Positions 17,971 through 27,797 of a DNA stretch of 64,000 nt are shown in pieces (positions within the stretch are counted from its first letter, which is position 1; each line of letters begins with the position of its first letter). The notes beneath the pieces were generated by a model. It searched no databases. It was given only the letters and a program-made list of their open reading frames with translations, and was not told where the DNA came from. Location: the sequence record NC_049851.1, one strand, 5' to 3'. Made by a program: the position numbers and the translations under genes.

Positions 17971-19802
17971 CCGAAGCTCAACTGAACCAGATACGCTCGG
18001 ACGCTCTTGACCTGACCATCAAGAGCGCGACTCTGGTTGTCGAGGGTTACCTACGCAACAACATCAACGAGACGGGCCCGAAGCTGCGCGATGGTGTGAC
18101 GGCACTGATGCTGGAACGATTCTTTCTCTACTGCTCCGTCGTCATCGTTAAGGAATCGGGGCGCGTGCGTGCCTCGGTGGATGGCACGCTTCGTGCGTTC
18201 CATACCGATGAACTGTCCTTTCAACGCAAATTCGAAGTGGAAGTCCTGAACGTGGAAAAACCCATCTACATCAACGGTGAAAAAGCGGAACGCGCTATCT
18301 GCGCGGCATTCGTGATAGCGAGCGCGGCATGCTCAACGTCGCAGGAAGTGGAGGCCACGATGCACCGCGAGATTCGGGCGCAGGGCATTCGCAACTACCG
18401 CCTTGAGTTGGGCGATCAGCCGACGCTCATGCTCCGCGCGGACCCGGAACGCGGGCTCGACGCAGCGTGCACCATCAACCTGCTGAGCAGTTCGTCGGTC
18501 GCGGAAGCGCCGGTCGCTGTCACGCTGGTGGACGAGAAGCGCAAGAGCAACATCATCGAGGACGATGCACGCGAGGCTGCAACCGTCGTGTCCAAGTACG
18601 CGCGCAATCTGGCGTACACACTGCGCCGTAGCAGTCCGGCTCAGGTGCGTGCTGGGCTCACGGCGCAGGTCGAGCAAGCGTTCAGTGAAAAGTTCACGGA
18701 CATCATGACGAATGTGCGCGTCTACGACGACGTGTCCGGTGCCGAGTTCGAGGTCACGGCTCGTCACCGGCTCATGCAGGCCGTGCACCACATCAAGTTC
18801 CACGTGGATTTCGTGCACGAGTTGAGCATCGAGGAACTGCGCTCGGCTCTCGACACGGCCTTCCGTATCAGTGTCGGTGCCCGCTGTGGCAACGACCACA
18901 ACGCGCATCACGACAAGATCAAGCAAGACCTGACGGACGCGGCGTACGCATACGACGAGCACATCCAGTGCGCGTTTTCGTTGCTATCGTCTGCGGCTGG
19001 CCTGCAATGCGTTGTCACTGTAGTGGACCCCGAGTATGACCGCGTACCGGATTCATCCGTGGCGTTCGCACTGTTCGTTCCGGTGGCTGGCATACAGGAG
19101 CCGGGAATGGTAGAGCGCGACCCGTACGAGTTGGTCGAGTCGGGTCACGGCGGCATGAAGGTGGCGCTCGCGAAGCTGGACGATGACGACGTGGAAGACG
19201 ATCTCGATGAAGGTGATAGTGAGGGATGTCAGTCCGAAGAGCCGCAAGTCGAGTACGACGTGCCGTCGCGTGGTATGGCAGTCGATATGGCGGCCAATGC
19301 ATCCCGCCTGCAATCGCAGTTGAGCAAGGACTCGGCCTTCGCGTGGTCGTGGCACGACCAATACGCGCAGTCGATCCTGCCGTTCATGAACATGGGCAAC
19401 AAGCCGGACAAGTTCCTGAAGGCAAACTCTATCGCCCGGCAGATCATGATCAACACATGGGGCATCGACTCGAAGAAGCTGCCCGAGTGGCGTGCTGGTG
19501 TCGAAGCTGTGGCCGAACGTCTCGAACACGAGCGTCAGGAACGCATCAAGGATCGTGAGCGCATCTGGAAACTGGTGTACCAGTCGTGCAAGAACGCATT
19601 CAAGGCAGGTATCGATGAGGCTGGTATCGAAACACTGCTCGCGGGCGTCGGTGACTCGCTCGGTGACGGCTGGTCCGTCGGTGTCGCGTTCTATCAGCGC
19701 TCGGACGAAGAGTACCGGACGGCACGCATTACCGTCCGGAACGAGGATGGTGAGCGCACGTTCACGGGCCAGTGCTCCGACTACCACCCCGAGAACAACT
19801 GA
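17961..19802 (+). CDS. Large hypothetical protein with acidic linker (613 aa)
   Basis: GGAGG RBS; long ORF with phage codon usage. Confidence 0.75.
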   Translation: MEMTEAQLNQIRSDALDLTIKSATLVVEGYLRNNINETGPKLRDGVTALMLERFFLYCSVVIVKESGRVRASVDGTLRAFHTDELSFQRKFEVEVLNVEKPIYINGEKAERAICAAFVIASAACSTSQEVEATMHREIRAQGIRNYRLELGDQPTLMLRADPERGLDAACTINLLSSSSVAEAPVAVTLVDEKRKSNIIEDDAREAATVVSKYARNLAYTLRRSSPAQVRAGLTAQVEQAFSEKFTDIMTNVRVYDDVSGAEFEVTARHRLMQAVHHIKFHVDFVHELSIEELRSALDTAFRISVGARCGNDHNAHHDKIKQDLTDAAYAYDEHIQCAFSLLSSAAGLQCVVTVVDPEYDRVPDSSVAFALFVPVAGIQEPGMVERDPYELVESGHGGMKVALAKLDDDDVEDDLDEGDSEGCQSEEPQVEYDVPSRGMAVDMAANASRLQSQLSKDSAFAWSWHDQYAQSILPFMNMGNKPDKFLKANSIARQIMINTWGIDSKKLPEWRAGVEAVAERLEHERQERIKDRERIWKLVYQSCKNAFKAGIDEAGIETLLAGVGDSLGDGWSVGVAFYQRSDEEYRTARITVRNEDGERTFTGQCSDYHPENN

Positions 19803-20071
19803 TGCCGGACGCCGTACAGGAAATGTTGGCAGCATCTGTTCGTGGAGACGCGTGGTCGAAGCTGACTAACGCGTGCCTCACGGCAATGCGCTGCGGCGAT
19901 TCACCGGCCGGTATTCGTGCCGCCGTCGCGGTTGTGGCCGCGCGACTGGGCCCAGATTGGCGTGTGGTCGTGACCGTGGAACGCCCCAACTGCGTTTTCA
20001 TGCGGGTCACGAAGAACGCAAACCCTACGCTGGATTTTTCCGGCGCGTGTTACCTAACCCCAATGGAGTGA
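19802..20071 (+). CDS. Hypothetical protein
   Basis: TGATG overlap (MPDAVQEML...). Confidence 0.55.
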   Translation: MPDAVQEMLAASVRGDAWSKLTNACLTAMRCGDSPAGIRAAVAVVAARLGPDWRVVVTVERPNCVFMRVTKNANPTLDFSGACYLTPME

Positions 20072-20074
20072 CTG

Positions 20075-20449
20075 ATGCTGAAATACATGCGTGGCTTTGA
20101 TTGTCTGGGTGTTTCCATGGTAGAGGCTACGGGCCCGACCGAAGAAGAGTACGCGCGGCTGAACGAGAAGATGGCGCGCGAGCAACGTGACTTCGATCTG
20201 ATGGCCGCAGAAATCGGCAGTCTTCAGCTTGCGGGGACCGCCGACCGTATCAACGAGGTCGTGTACGAGGTGGCCAAGCGCTATTTCAAGGAAGTAGCGC
20301 TTGTCTGGAACCTGAACGACATCTGTGTGGCCGTGCTCGACGCTGAACTCGAAATGATGGTGTGGATTCCGTTCACGAAATTCGGCCCGATGTTTGCAAT
20401 CGGTGCCGAAGCCGATCCGTATTCGAAAATCGCGGCGGGGAAGAACTGA
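20075..20449 (+). CDS. Hypothetical protein
   Basis: GGAG RBS. Confidence 0.6.
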   Translation: MLKYMRGFDCLGVSMVEATGPTEEEYARLNEKMAREQRDFDLMAAEIGSLQLAGTADRINEVVYEVAKRYFKEVALVWNLNDICVAVLDAELEMMVWIPFTKFGPMFAIGAEADPYSKIAAGKN

Positions 20450-20658
20450 TGGCAGCCGTCCTTGTTGCACTTAGCGCATCCGGTGCCTTCGACGCGCAGC
20501 CCTGTCCGTACCTCTTAGTGGAATCGCGTTTCAGCCACCCGGGTCCGCGTCGGGGCTCGCGATATCCCGGGGCCCCGGGCGGCCGGTACACGGTACACGA
20601 TGAGCGACACACCGTGTATAACCCGCAGAACTGCACTTACGAGTACGTGGACGAATGA
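20449..20658 (+). CDS. Hypothetical protein
   Basis: Coupled ORF. Confidence 0.45.
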   Translation: MAAVLVALSASGAFDAQPCPYLLVESRFSHPGPRRGSRYPGAPGGRYTVHDERHTVYNPQNCTYEYVDE

Positions 20659-20987
20659 ACGCACATCAGAGACGTATTCGACGCCGGGCCGCGTTTGGCT
20701 ATCCGGTGGTGCGGGCTCTCAAGGGCTACCTGCGCAAGCTCCGGGCCGGATACATTACGATGGACCCGATGCCGATTTTTCCGATCCCGCCCGTACCCGG
20801 GCACGCGATCCCGCTGATGGTGTTCGACTGGATGGGCGCGGACCCGGCGTTTGCGGCCGACGTGCGTATGGCAGTGGCCACGCGTGAGGCACGAATCCAG
20901 TTCACGGTGCCGCGCATGGACCCTGACATGGAGCGCATGATACAGGACGAGTACACGGAGCATCTGCGCCGCACCCTGTCCAAGTAA
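20655..20987 (+). CDS. Hypothetical protein
   Basis: ATGA overlap. Confidence 0.6.
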   Translation: MNAHQRRIRRRAAFGYPVVRALKGYLRKLRAGYITMDPMPIFPIPPVPGHAIPLMVFDWMGADPAFAADVRMAVATREARIQFTVPRMDPDMERMIQDEYTEHLRRTLSK

Positions 20988-21023
20988 ATAGGTAGTTCCG
21001 ATCAACCTGTAAATCAAAAACGA

Positions 21024-22397
21024 ATGGCAACAAAAGCAAGCCCACGTGCCGAACTAGCGGCGCTACGGGCCATGACGCACAAAGACAAGCGGGTGAGCGG
21101 AACCCTTCTCTCGCTGGTCGACGAATCGTACTTCCATTACACCGAAAGCCAAGAGGTCTATCAGGCGATCTTGCGCCACATGCGGGAAACCGGGACAACC
21201 CCGGCCTACCGTATCCTGATCGAGGACCCGCAGGTCTCGGAGCAGAGCCGGAAGTTCCTGCGCGACAGCCAGCCAACCGTCACCAACATCGACGAGGCGA
21301 CGAAGACGGCACGCCTGCTCAACAAGTACAGGCAAATCCGGGGCCTAGAAGAGTTGGCCGTCCAGATCGACCAGACGCTGAACGCGAAGGGCAAACTCGA
21401 TGTTGGAGCGCTGCTCGAAAACGTGGCGACGGGACTGGCGACGACCCGCAGCACCAAGAGCACGAAGGACTCGTTCACGCACTTCGGTGTCGGCAACAAC
21501 GCGACGGCAATGGTCAAGGACTTGCTGTATGGTGAGGACAACGACGAAATCATTCCGACCGGTATCCCCGAGTTTGATCGTCGGTCCGGGGGCATTGCCC
21601 GGGGCGCAATGTTCAGCATCGCCGCGACTTCGGGTGCTGGTAAGTCGACAATGGCAAACGCGCTCGCCATCAACATGGCGACCATGGGCTACAAGGTGCT
21701 GATGGTCCCGCTCGAAATGAGCACCAAGGAAATGACGGCGCGGACGATGGCCAACATCGGTGACTTCGATGTGACGGATATCCTGCGCAAGAAGCTGGCG
21801 GCCGGTGAGCGCGATTTGGTGATGAAGCGGTACAAGCGTTGGGCCAAGAAGGTGAAGGACGCGGGTGGCCGCTACACGATTTTCAAGCCCGACATGGACA
21901 TGACAATCGAAGAAGTGGTGGCGGCCACGAATGCCTACGACGTAGATGTCATGATCATCGACTATATCTCGCTGCTGAAGGGCGCTGACGGTGATGATCA
22001 GTGGCGTCAACTCGGGTCTATCGCCCGATACGCGAAGATCAACGCGGAATCCACGAACCGGGTCAACATCTTGCTCTGTCAGTTGAGCGAAGACGGGAAA
22101 ATCCGGTATTCGCGAGCCATCAACGAGCACAGCAACAACGCGTGGACGTGGGCCCCGACGAAGGAGCAGAAGGAAACGGGGCTCGTGACCATCGAGCAGC
22201 CGAAGTCGCGAAATAGCGAGCCGTTCCCGTTCCCGGTGCGCATCAACTACTCGCGTATGCGGGTCGAGCAGGCACCACAGTCCGACGATCTGGGTGAACC
22301 GGGGGCGCTCGGCGCACCTGTGTCAACCGATCCAAAGTCTGAGCAGAGGCGCAAACGTGCGAAAGAAGTGCCGAACTTGGCAGACATGAGTGATTAA
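21024..22397 (+). CDS. dnaB: DnaB-like replicative helicase
   Basis: N-terminal DnaB-like domain; IPTGIPEFDRRSGG, ATSGAGKST, PLEMS, IIDYISLL, LLCQL and KSRN motifs. Confidence 0.92.
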   Translation: MATKASPRAELAALRAMTHKDKRVSGTLLSLVDESYFHYTESQEVYQAILRHMRETGTTPAYRILIEDPQVSEQSRKFLRDSQPTVTNIDEATKTARLLNKYRQIRGLEELAVQIDQTLNAKGKLDVGALLENVATGLATTRSTKSTKDSFTHFGVGNNATAMVKDLLYGEDNDEIIPTGIPEFDRRSGGIARGAMFSIAATSGAGKSTMANALAINMATMGYKVLMVPLEMSTKEMTARTMANIGDFDVTDILRKKLAAGERDLVMKRYKRWAKKVKDAGGRYTIFKPDMDMTIEEVVAATNAYDVDVMIIDYISLLKGADGDDQWRQLGSIARYAKINAESTNRVNILLCQLSEDGKIRYSRAINEHSNNAWTWAPTKEQKETGLVTIEQPKSRNSEPFPFPVRINYSRMRVEQAPQSDDLGEPGALGAPVSTDPKSEQRRKRAKEVPNLADMSD

Positions 22398-22409
22398 CCG
22401 GAGAAGAGA

Positions 22410-22799
22410 GTGAGTGAATATAGGGCATGCGATCAGGAGTGGGGCACGGTCCGTCGCGAGGTCCGCGACATCGAGAACTCGGGCCTTCCGATCTACCGGC
22501 TCCAGTTGATGGATGTGGAGCAGTTCGGGGACCTGTACTACGAACAGCAGCGCGCAATGTTGCTGCTCGACGATCCTGTACTACGGATCGATGGCAACAT
22601 CATCCACATCGAGGAACATAAGGCTGACTGGGGGCCTAGTTTCACGTGGCGTGAGTTCTACGCGCGCATCACGCACGCACGGCCGCTGTCAGGAGGATAC
22701 CTGCTCGTCAGCCTCAAGATCAGCAGTCGCTGGATCATGGACACGGAACTAGAGGCCGCACAACGTAATGCTGAACACGAGATCAAGGTATATGAGTGA
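22410..22799 (+). CDS. Hypothetical protein
   Basis: GGAG RBS, GTG start. Confidence 0.55.
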   Translation: MSEYRACDQEWGTVRREVRDIENSGLPIYRLQLMDVEQFGDLYYEQQRAMLLLDDPVLRIDGNIIHIEEHKADWGPSFTWREFYARITHARPLSGGYLLVSLKISSRWIMDTELEAAQRNAEHEIKVYE

Positions 22800-22959
22800 T
22801 TTTTGGAACGCTGGCCCGGGCCCGGGCCACGAGGCCGACACGATCAAGAAGCTGCGCCAACTGGGCATCGACCCCCGGTTCTGGGAGAATGCGTCACTGA
22901 CGTTTGAGGGTGCGCTCGACAGGTTCTGGCGCAGTGCCGATGACTGGAGAGGTGTATGA
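22792..22959 (+). CDS. Hypothetical protein
   Basis: Coupled small ORF (MSDFWNAG...). Confidence 0.5.
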   Translation: MSDFWNAGPGPGHEADTIKKLRQLGIDPRFWENASLTFEGALDRFWRSADDWRGV

Positions 22960-23345
22960 TCAAGACCCAGAGCCCGAGCCAATTGGGGATTCCGCCCACC
23001 GCCCTGTATCTGGACGAGAGTACCACACGCACGCTCCATGACGTGAAGTCGCATCCGCGTCCGTTTCAGGATGTGTGGGACGGGAACAAGCGGGCGGAAG
23101 TACGCGTCAACGACCGCGATTACGGGCAAGGGGACGCGCTGCTGATCCGCGAATACGATCCGGGGCCCCGACCGTGGGACCGGCATTCCGCTTTCTACAC
23201 GGGTCGCGAGATCGTGGCGATCATCACCCACGTGCAGCAGGGTTATGGACTGCCTCCAGACCTCGTGGTGCTTAGCATCGACGTGGTAGACCGTCAGGAA
23301 CGTCCTGTCCTTAGCGGGGTTAAGGAAGAACGCAAAATTTTTTGA
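22956..23345 (+). CDS. DUF3850/ASCH (PUA-like) domain protein
   Basis: LHDVKSHPRPFQDVWDGNKRAEVRVNDRDYGQGDALLIREYD...YTGREI signature. Confidence 0.85.
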   Translation: MIKTQSPSQLGIPPTALYLDESTTRTLHDVKSHPRPFQDVWDGNKRAEVRVNDRDYGQGDALLIREYDPGPRPWDRHSAFYTGREIVAIITHVQQGYGLPPDLVVLSIDVVDRQERPVLSGVKEERKIF

Positions 23346-23381
23346 GCCCCGTATAAACGTTTCACCGTAGAAATGAAAACG

Positions 23382-23435
23382 AAAAAGCCCCGTACAACTT
23401 CATCGGTTGTACGGGGTTTTTCTTTGTGCTATGAT
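23382..23435 (+). terminator. Intrinsic terminator overlapped by a sigma70 promoter
   Basis: CCCCGTACAAC/GTTGTACGGGG 11-bp stem plus T-tract. TTGTAC (23407) - 17 bp - TATGAT (23430) overlaps its right arm. Confidence 0.8.
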
Positions 23436-23467
23436 GCACCATTGACTACCACCACACAGGAGCCGTC

Positions 23468-23770
23468 ATGTTCGCACGCGACCGCAAATCTGCCCAACAG
23501 GCCCGGGCGTCCCAGACTACACCAACCCGTGAACAGGCACGTCGCCTGAGCCTGCACCAGCAGGTAGAAATCGTGTTGGAGGGTTTCACGCTACCGGACG
23601 AGGCACGGGCCCGACTCGAACGCGCAGTCAACATGGAAAAAGCCGAAGCCTATCTGGTGCTCCGTGATGACGAGAAACAGGCGCTACGACGAGCCGAGGA
23701 CGCACTCCAGAAGATGGGGTGGTGGGATGATCTGGCGGTCGTGAGGTGCCTGCGTTCCAGAGCCCAGTAA
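23468..23770 (+). CDS. Hypothetical protein
   Basis: AGGAG RBS downstream of the promoter. Confidence 0.6.
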   Translation: MFARDRKSAQQARASQTTPTREQARRLSLHQQVEIVLEGFTLPDEARARLERAVNMEKAEAYLVLRDDEKQALRRAEDALQKMGWWDDLAVVRCLRSRAQ

Positions 23771-25384
23771 TTACACCAGATATGGGGAATCCACGACCCG
23801 CACCGGCTTCTTCTTGCCCTTGATCGCAAGCATAGAATTCACGGTTCTGGATTCCCTGCGCTTTTCATCCGCCTGCTTTACCATCCCCGGGTTCTGTCGA
23901 CGTGCCTTAGCGATTTTCTGTGCACGCTCGTCGACTATCACGCGCGCCAACTTCCCCCGGGTCACCAGAACGCCTGTGCGCTTCTCGATCTCGCGCCCCA
24001 GCTTCTTCTGGCTTGTCCGGATTTCACCAGCCTTTGCTGCCTGCTTGAGAGAATCCAGTACCTGAGCCGCTAGTTCCTCCTTCGCCTTTTTCCTGTCTAC
24101 AGCAGCCTGTGTGCGGGCCGTGGCCTTGGCCCTGACCACCTTCTTCTTCACCTTTGGCTTGTGGAGTTCCTGTACCTCAGCCTCACTGAGTTCCTGCATG
24201 TCGGACTCAAGTTCGGGGGCTTTCCGATGCTGGTGACCTACGCCCAACAGTTTGTCCTGCTCGTGGCGTCGACGTGCCGAATCGCGTTGTTTTGCTGCCG
24301 TGCTGCCTGCCTTTTTCGGTCTCCCGCCCTTGTTGACCTCACGTTCGGGTAGCGGTTCTGTGGATAGTTGGGATTCCGATCCAGTTCCGTCCGCGTGAAC
24401 CACGTCAATCCAGTCTGCAAACGGGTCGATTCCCACGCCAATCGTGGTGGAGTTCTGGGATTGTACAGGATTCCTGTGCTTCTCTCCACCAGTCGTAACG
24501 CCCACGCCCACGCCCACGCCCACGCCCACGCCCACGCCCACGCCCACGCCCACGCCAGCAGTCCCAATATCACCAAACAAGTCACTGAGTTCCTTGTCGG
24601 ATTGTGTTGGTGTGCCCGTGCCCGTCTGGGCCCCGATGGGTGTGCTATAACTGGACACCGATTGCTTTGGGGTCGTGAGTTCCTGTGAATTAGCGTCGAT
24701 CACCCCGTTTCGGTTAGAGAGCGTGGATTCGAGCATCAGGACCCTCGATTCAGCTAGTTCTGCCCGCTGTTCGGCATCGAGACGGGCCTGATCCTGTGGA
24801 TCGATCTCTAGCCCCTGTTGGGTGGCCTGTAGTGCTCGTAGCGCATAGTTTTCTTCATTAAAAATTGGCGCTACGGGCCTCTTTTTAGGCTTTGTGCGTG
24901 GATACACAGGATCAGTAGATTGAGCGGGCACCGGTTTAATGAGGTGTTTTACGCCACCCGATTCGGACTCCGAAATATCGAGCATGAAGTCGTCATCGAG
25001 TTCACCAGATGCTTGGGAGTCCTCACGAACTTCGGGGCCCGGGCCCCACTCCCAATCGTCGTCCGCGTCCTCATCATCGTAGGATTCCTGAGCAACTGCG
25101 TAACCGCGATTGATGGCACCCGCACCCGCGATCTCGGAAATCGCGAGGTTGAGGTTCAGGGCGTGGAATTCGGCACCCGATTCACAGGGTTCGCGTAGGA
25201 CAGTGGGCTTCATCCCCATGTCGTGGAGACGGGCGACCACAGGATCGTGCATGAGACTCGACATCCGGATCGGCTGGTCCCCGTGCTGGACGAGCGCGAG
25301 AATCGGTTTGTTGGTGAAAGTGTAGCCCTGCACCGTGAACGAGCCGGGATGGGTGGGATCGAGTAAAATAATCAGATGTTGCAT
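23771..25384 (-). CDS. Low-complexity protein with acidic N-terminus, (GV)10 tract and basic C-terminus; possibly DNA-binding
   Basis: 537-aa ORF; KGGRPKK AT-hook-like motif; codon usage richer in A/T third positions than its neighbours. Confidence 0.65.
   Translation of the reverse strand: MQHLIILLDPTHPGSFTVQGYTFTNKPILALVQHGDQPIRMSSLMHDPVVARLHDMGMKPTVLREPCESGAEFHALNLNLAISEIAGAGAINRGYAVAQESYDDEDADDDWEWGPGPEVREDSQASGELDDDFMLDISESESGGVKHLIKPVPAQSTDPVYPRTKPKKRPVAPIFNEENYALRALQATQQGLEIDPQDQARLDAEQRAELAESRVLMLESTLSNRNGVIDANSQELTTPKQSVSSYSTPIGAQTGTGTPTQSDKELSDLFGDIGTAGVGVGVGVGVGVGVGVGVGVTTGGEKHRNPVQSQNSTTIGVGIDPFADWIDVVHADGTGSESQLSTEPLPEREVNKGGRPKKAGSTAAKQRDSARRRHEQDKLLGVGHQHRKAPELESDMQELSEAEVQELHKPKVKKKVVRAKATARTQAAVDRKKAKEELAAQVLDSLKQAAKAGEIRTSQKKLGREIEKRTGVLVTRGKLARVIVDERAQKIAKARRQNPGMVKQADEKRRESRTVNSMLAIKGKKKPVRVVDSPYLV
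24498..24556. repeat. Perfect hexanucleotide VNTR (ACGCCC)x9.8
   Basis: 59 bp of identical units encoding Gly-Val repeats on the minus strand. Confidence 0.95.
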
Positions 25385-25441
25385 TTTTGTACCTATCTGT
25401 GTTATTGTTGGTCTACATGAAATTAGTGGAAGTGAGGAACT

Positions 25442-25684
25442 ATGAGCGTACAGATGATGCGGGTCAGACAGGAACTGGAGGCCACTGTTGTTGCGGAATA
25501 CGGGCCCGGGGCCGAGGACGAAGAAATTACGATGACGCGGTATGAATTGCTGCTGCTGATGCAGGTGGGGGTTCGTCGTGTGGCGGCCCGGGACCCCGAT
25601 TTGTCGTTTTTGGTGCGTGAGGGGCTGGGGCTTGGTCGGCGGGTCGAGCGTTCTAGGGTTCGGGATAAGTGGAGTAGGATTTGA
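25442..25684 (+). CDS. Hypothetical protein (atypical G/T-rich)
   Basis: GAGGA RBS, but atypical composition. Confidence 0.4.
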   Translation: MSVQMMRVRQELEATVVAEYGPGAEDEEITMTRYELLLLMQVGVRRVAARDPDLSFLVREGLGLGRRVERSRVRDKWSRI

Positions 25685-25709
25685 CAGGCGTGGAAAAGTT
25701 GGGTAAGAT
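25681..25709 (+). promoter_or_regulatory. sigma70-type promoter
   Basis: TTGACA-17-TAAGAT. Confidence 0.8.
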
Positions 25710-25771
25710 CGGCCAATGTTGAATTAACTGGATTGGCGTGTTGAGCGCCAGCGAAACTACTGGGAGGTGTT

Positions 25772-26593
25772 ATGTCGGATCAGGTGAATGGGGGTTTGTT
25801 GAAGGTCGGTGAGTTGGGTGATGAACGCAGTGAATCACTCAAGGTCGGTGAGTTGGGGGTTGGTTGTAGACTTTATGACTTTTTCGTCGCATTCAGCAAC
25901 TGGCTGGAGCGCGGCGAGTCCCAGCAATCTCTCGAACACGGCCTCGGATTCTCGCGCTATTATGGCCTGTGTTCCAACCTCAACAAGTGGCTGCTTGATC
26001 GGGACCATCGACTTTTCGGGACCGACCAACACGGTCAACCGAGGGGCTGCTTATGGTACGCACGCGTCGACGAGTTTCAACGGGCACTCCAAGCGCTGTT
26101 TGCTGATCGCGGGCTGGATCGTGCGACACCGTTTGATGCTGACGAACTGGCGTACGAGCGCGCGGCGCAAGGCCATACTCTATACGTCAATCAGGCACGT
26201 CTCGCGTTCATCCGCGACGCGTGTGCCGGACTCACGCTGACCACCAGCCAGATCGAGCGTGCTATCGACGCGTTCTACATCGATATCGACAAGGCGGCCC
26301 CCCTGATCACGCGGCACACCAAGCGTGAGTTGTTCGAGCCCGTGTACGGCCTGTGCCAGAATTTCGTGTTCTGGCAGCGTGCGCAAGGCGTTGAGCGATC
26401 ACGCGTGCGCACGTTCCTGAATAATGCGCTGGTGCGTGAGTTCACGGACGCTGGCATGGATTCGCTGTATCCGTTCAATGCGGGCCGCGCAGAAAAGTAC
26501 AACGCGGAAGAAAATACGTTCCTGAACCCGCGACGCCGCAAGTGGATTCGTGATCGCGCGGCCGTCGCCCTCGTACGTATGGGGGTCAAGTGA
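25772..26593 (+). CDS. Two-repeat protein of the GLCxN...PFN family
   Basis: Two ~110-aa domains with F..F..W, GLCxN..W, PF(N/D)...Y...N..R..(F/W)I; paralogous to 32203-33237. Confidence 0.75.
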   Translation: MSDQVNGGLLKVGELGDERSESLKVGELGVGCRLYDFFVAFSNWLERGESQQSLEHGLGFSRYYGLCSNLNKWLLDRDHRLFGTDQHGQPRGCLWYARVDEFQRALQALFADRGLDRATPFDADELAYERAAQGHTLYVNQARLAFIRDACAGLTLTTSQIERAIDAFYIDIDKAAPLITRHTKRELFEPVYGLCQNFVFWQRAQGVERSRVRTFLNNALVREFTDAGMDSLYPFNAGRAEKYNAEENTFLNPRRRKWIRDRAAVALVRMGVK

Positions 26594-27018
26594 GTTACCA
26601 GCTTTCGATGGATGATGTTCTGGGTCTGGGTCACGGCATGCACCACATGGAAACGCGTCGTGGCATGATGACGAAAGCAGAGCCTGAACCGGCCGCGCCA
26701 GCGCCCCCGCGTCCGAAACGCGTGAACAAAGTGTTCAGGGATCGGACGATTCGTATCAGCGCCGTGGACATGGATAAGCTGGCATGGACCTATGCCGAGT
26801 ATCTGGAGTCCGATTGCCCGGATGCTGAGAAGGATGCAGCACTCGATATCGCGCACCTGATGCTCAAAGTGCTCGACCAGATCACGGATATCCGTAAGCA
26901 TCCGAAATACGTAGAAACCAGCGACGACTACGCGGAGGCCGAGGCCCAAGCCGAGCGCGAACGTGCGGAACGCAGGGCCCGGCGCGCTAAGCGTGGACAA
27001 AACACACAGGAGAAATGA
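26590..27018 (+). CDS. Hypothetical protein
   Basis: GTGA overlap. Confidence 0.6.
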   Translation: MSYQLSMDDVLGLGHGMHHMETRRGMMTKAEPEPAAPAPPRPKRVNKVFRDRTIRISAVDMDKLAWTYAEYLESDCPDAEKDAALDIAHLMLKVLDQITDIRKHPKYVETSDDYAEAEAQAERERAERRARRAKRGQNTQEK

Positions 27019-27398
27019 GTATGGCAGAATGGAACAAGCACCACGGGCGACCATTTGACCGTAGCACGTGGACGCCGGAAGACTACACGAAGATGGATGC
27101 GCATGAACTGTCCCTCGCTATCGATTACAGTTTGCGGGCGGCCCGCACACTGGGCAAGAACGAGGCAGAACTGGATTTCGACCTTCGTATCGATTTCCCG
27201 TACGAGTATTCAGGTTACAGGCTGGCCGCCGCCTTCCTGACCGAATACGACAACGACGGTTTCGGTATCGAATCCGACGAAGTTGTCGACGCCCTGATCC
27301 GCGTGCTTCAGCGCTACGAAGAAAGTGGCGGTGCCGCCCATATCGGGTACAAGACCGGGATCATGGGCAACGAGCTTGCACCGGCACCGTATCACTGA
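27015..27398 (+). CDS. Hypothetical protein
   Basis: AGGAG RBS. Confidence 0.65.
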   Translation: MSMAEWNKHHGRPFDRSTWTPEDYTKMDAHELSLAIDYSLRAARTLGKNEAELDFDLRIDFPYEYSGYRLAAAFLTEYDNDGFGIESDEVVDALIRVLQRYEESGGAAHIGYKTGIMGNELAPAPYH

Positions 27399-27404
27399 TA
27401 TAGT
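27376..27404 (+). promoter_or_regulatory. sigma70-type promoter
   Basis: TTGCAC-17-TATAGT. Confidence 0.55.
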
Positions 27405-27437
27405 CGCGTTAGCTCAACATCTGAATGGGAGGTAAAA

Positions 27438-27797
27438 ATGGAAGAACCGAAGATCAACATGGCCGTGTACCCGCAACTCGTTACCTCGGAACGATTCGAG
27501 CACTTCATCGAAAATAACCTCGAAAAGCACCTCATCGAGTGGTTCGGCCAGACCGCTCTCGACGAGTGCGAGGGCATGATCAATCGCGTGCGAATCGCGA
27601 GCATGACCCAGTCGTTTGCCAACAAGCTTCTGACGTTCGCGCGTATCGAGCATGGGCCCGTCGTGTCGGAGGAAATGGCGGTCGATGCAGCCCGCGCCAT
27701 GACCAATCTGGAGTTGCGCATCAACAAGCCCAAGTTGAACGAATGGGAAGAGACGTTTGCAGGTCACCTGCTGGCTGTCGCGAAGGTGGGTGCCTAA
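27438..27797 (+). CDS. Hypothetical protein
   Basis: GGAGG RBS. Confidence 0.65.
   Translation: MEEPKINMAVYPQLVTSERFEHFIENNLEKHLIEWFGQTALDECEGMINRVRIASMTQSFANKLLTFARIEHGPVVSEEMAVDAARAMTNLELRINKPKLNEWEETFAGHLLAVAKVGA

Noticed and set aside
24238-24688. ORFs with AWAWAW, HAHAHA or TPTPTP tracts
   Set aside because: These are alternative frames of the same ACGCCC repeat; they lack RBSs and overlap the 537-aa gene.
25621-25645. G-quadruplex in GGGGCTGGGGCTTGGTCGGCGGG
   Set aside because: Only two G4 tracts plus GG runs; too weak to support in a GC-rich sequence.
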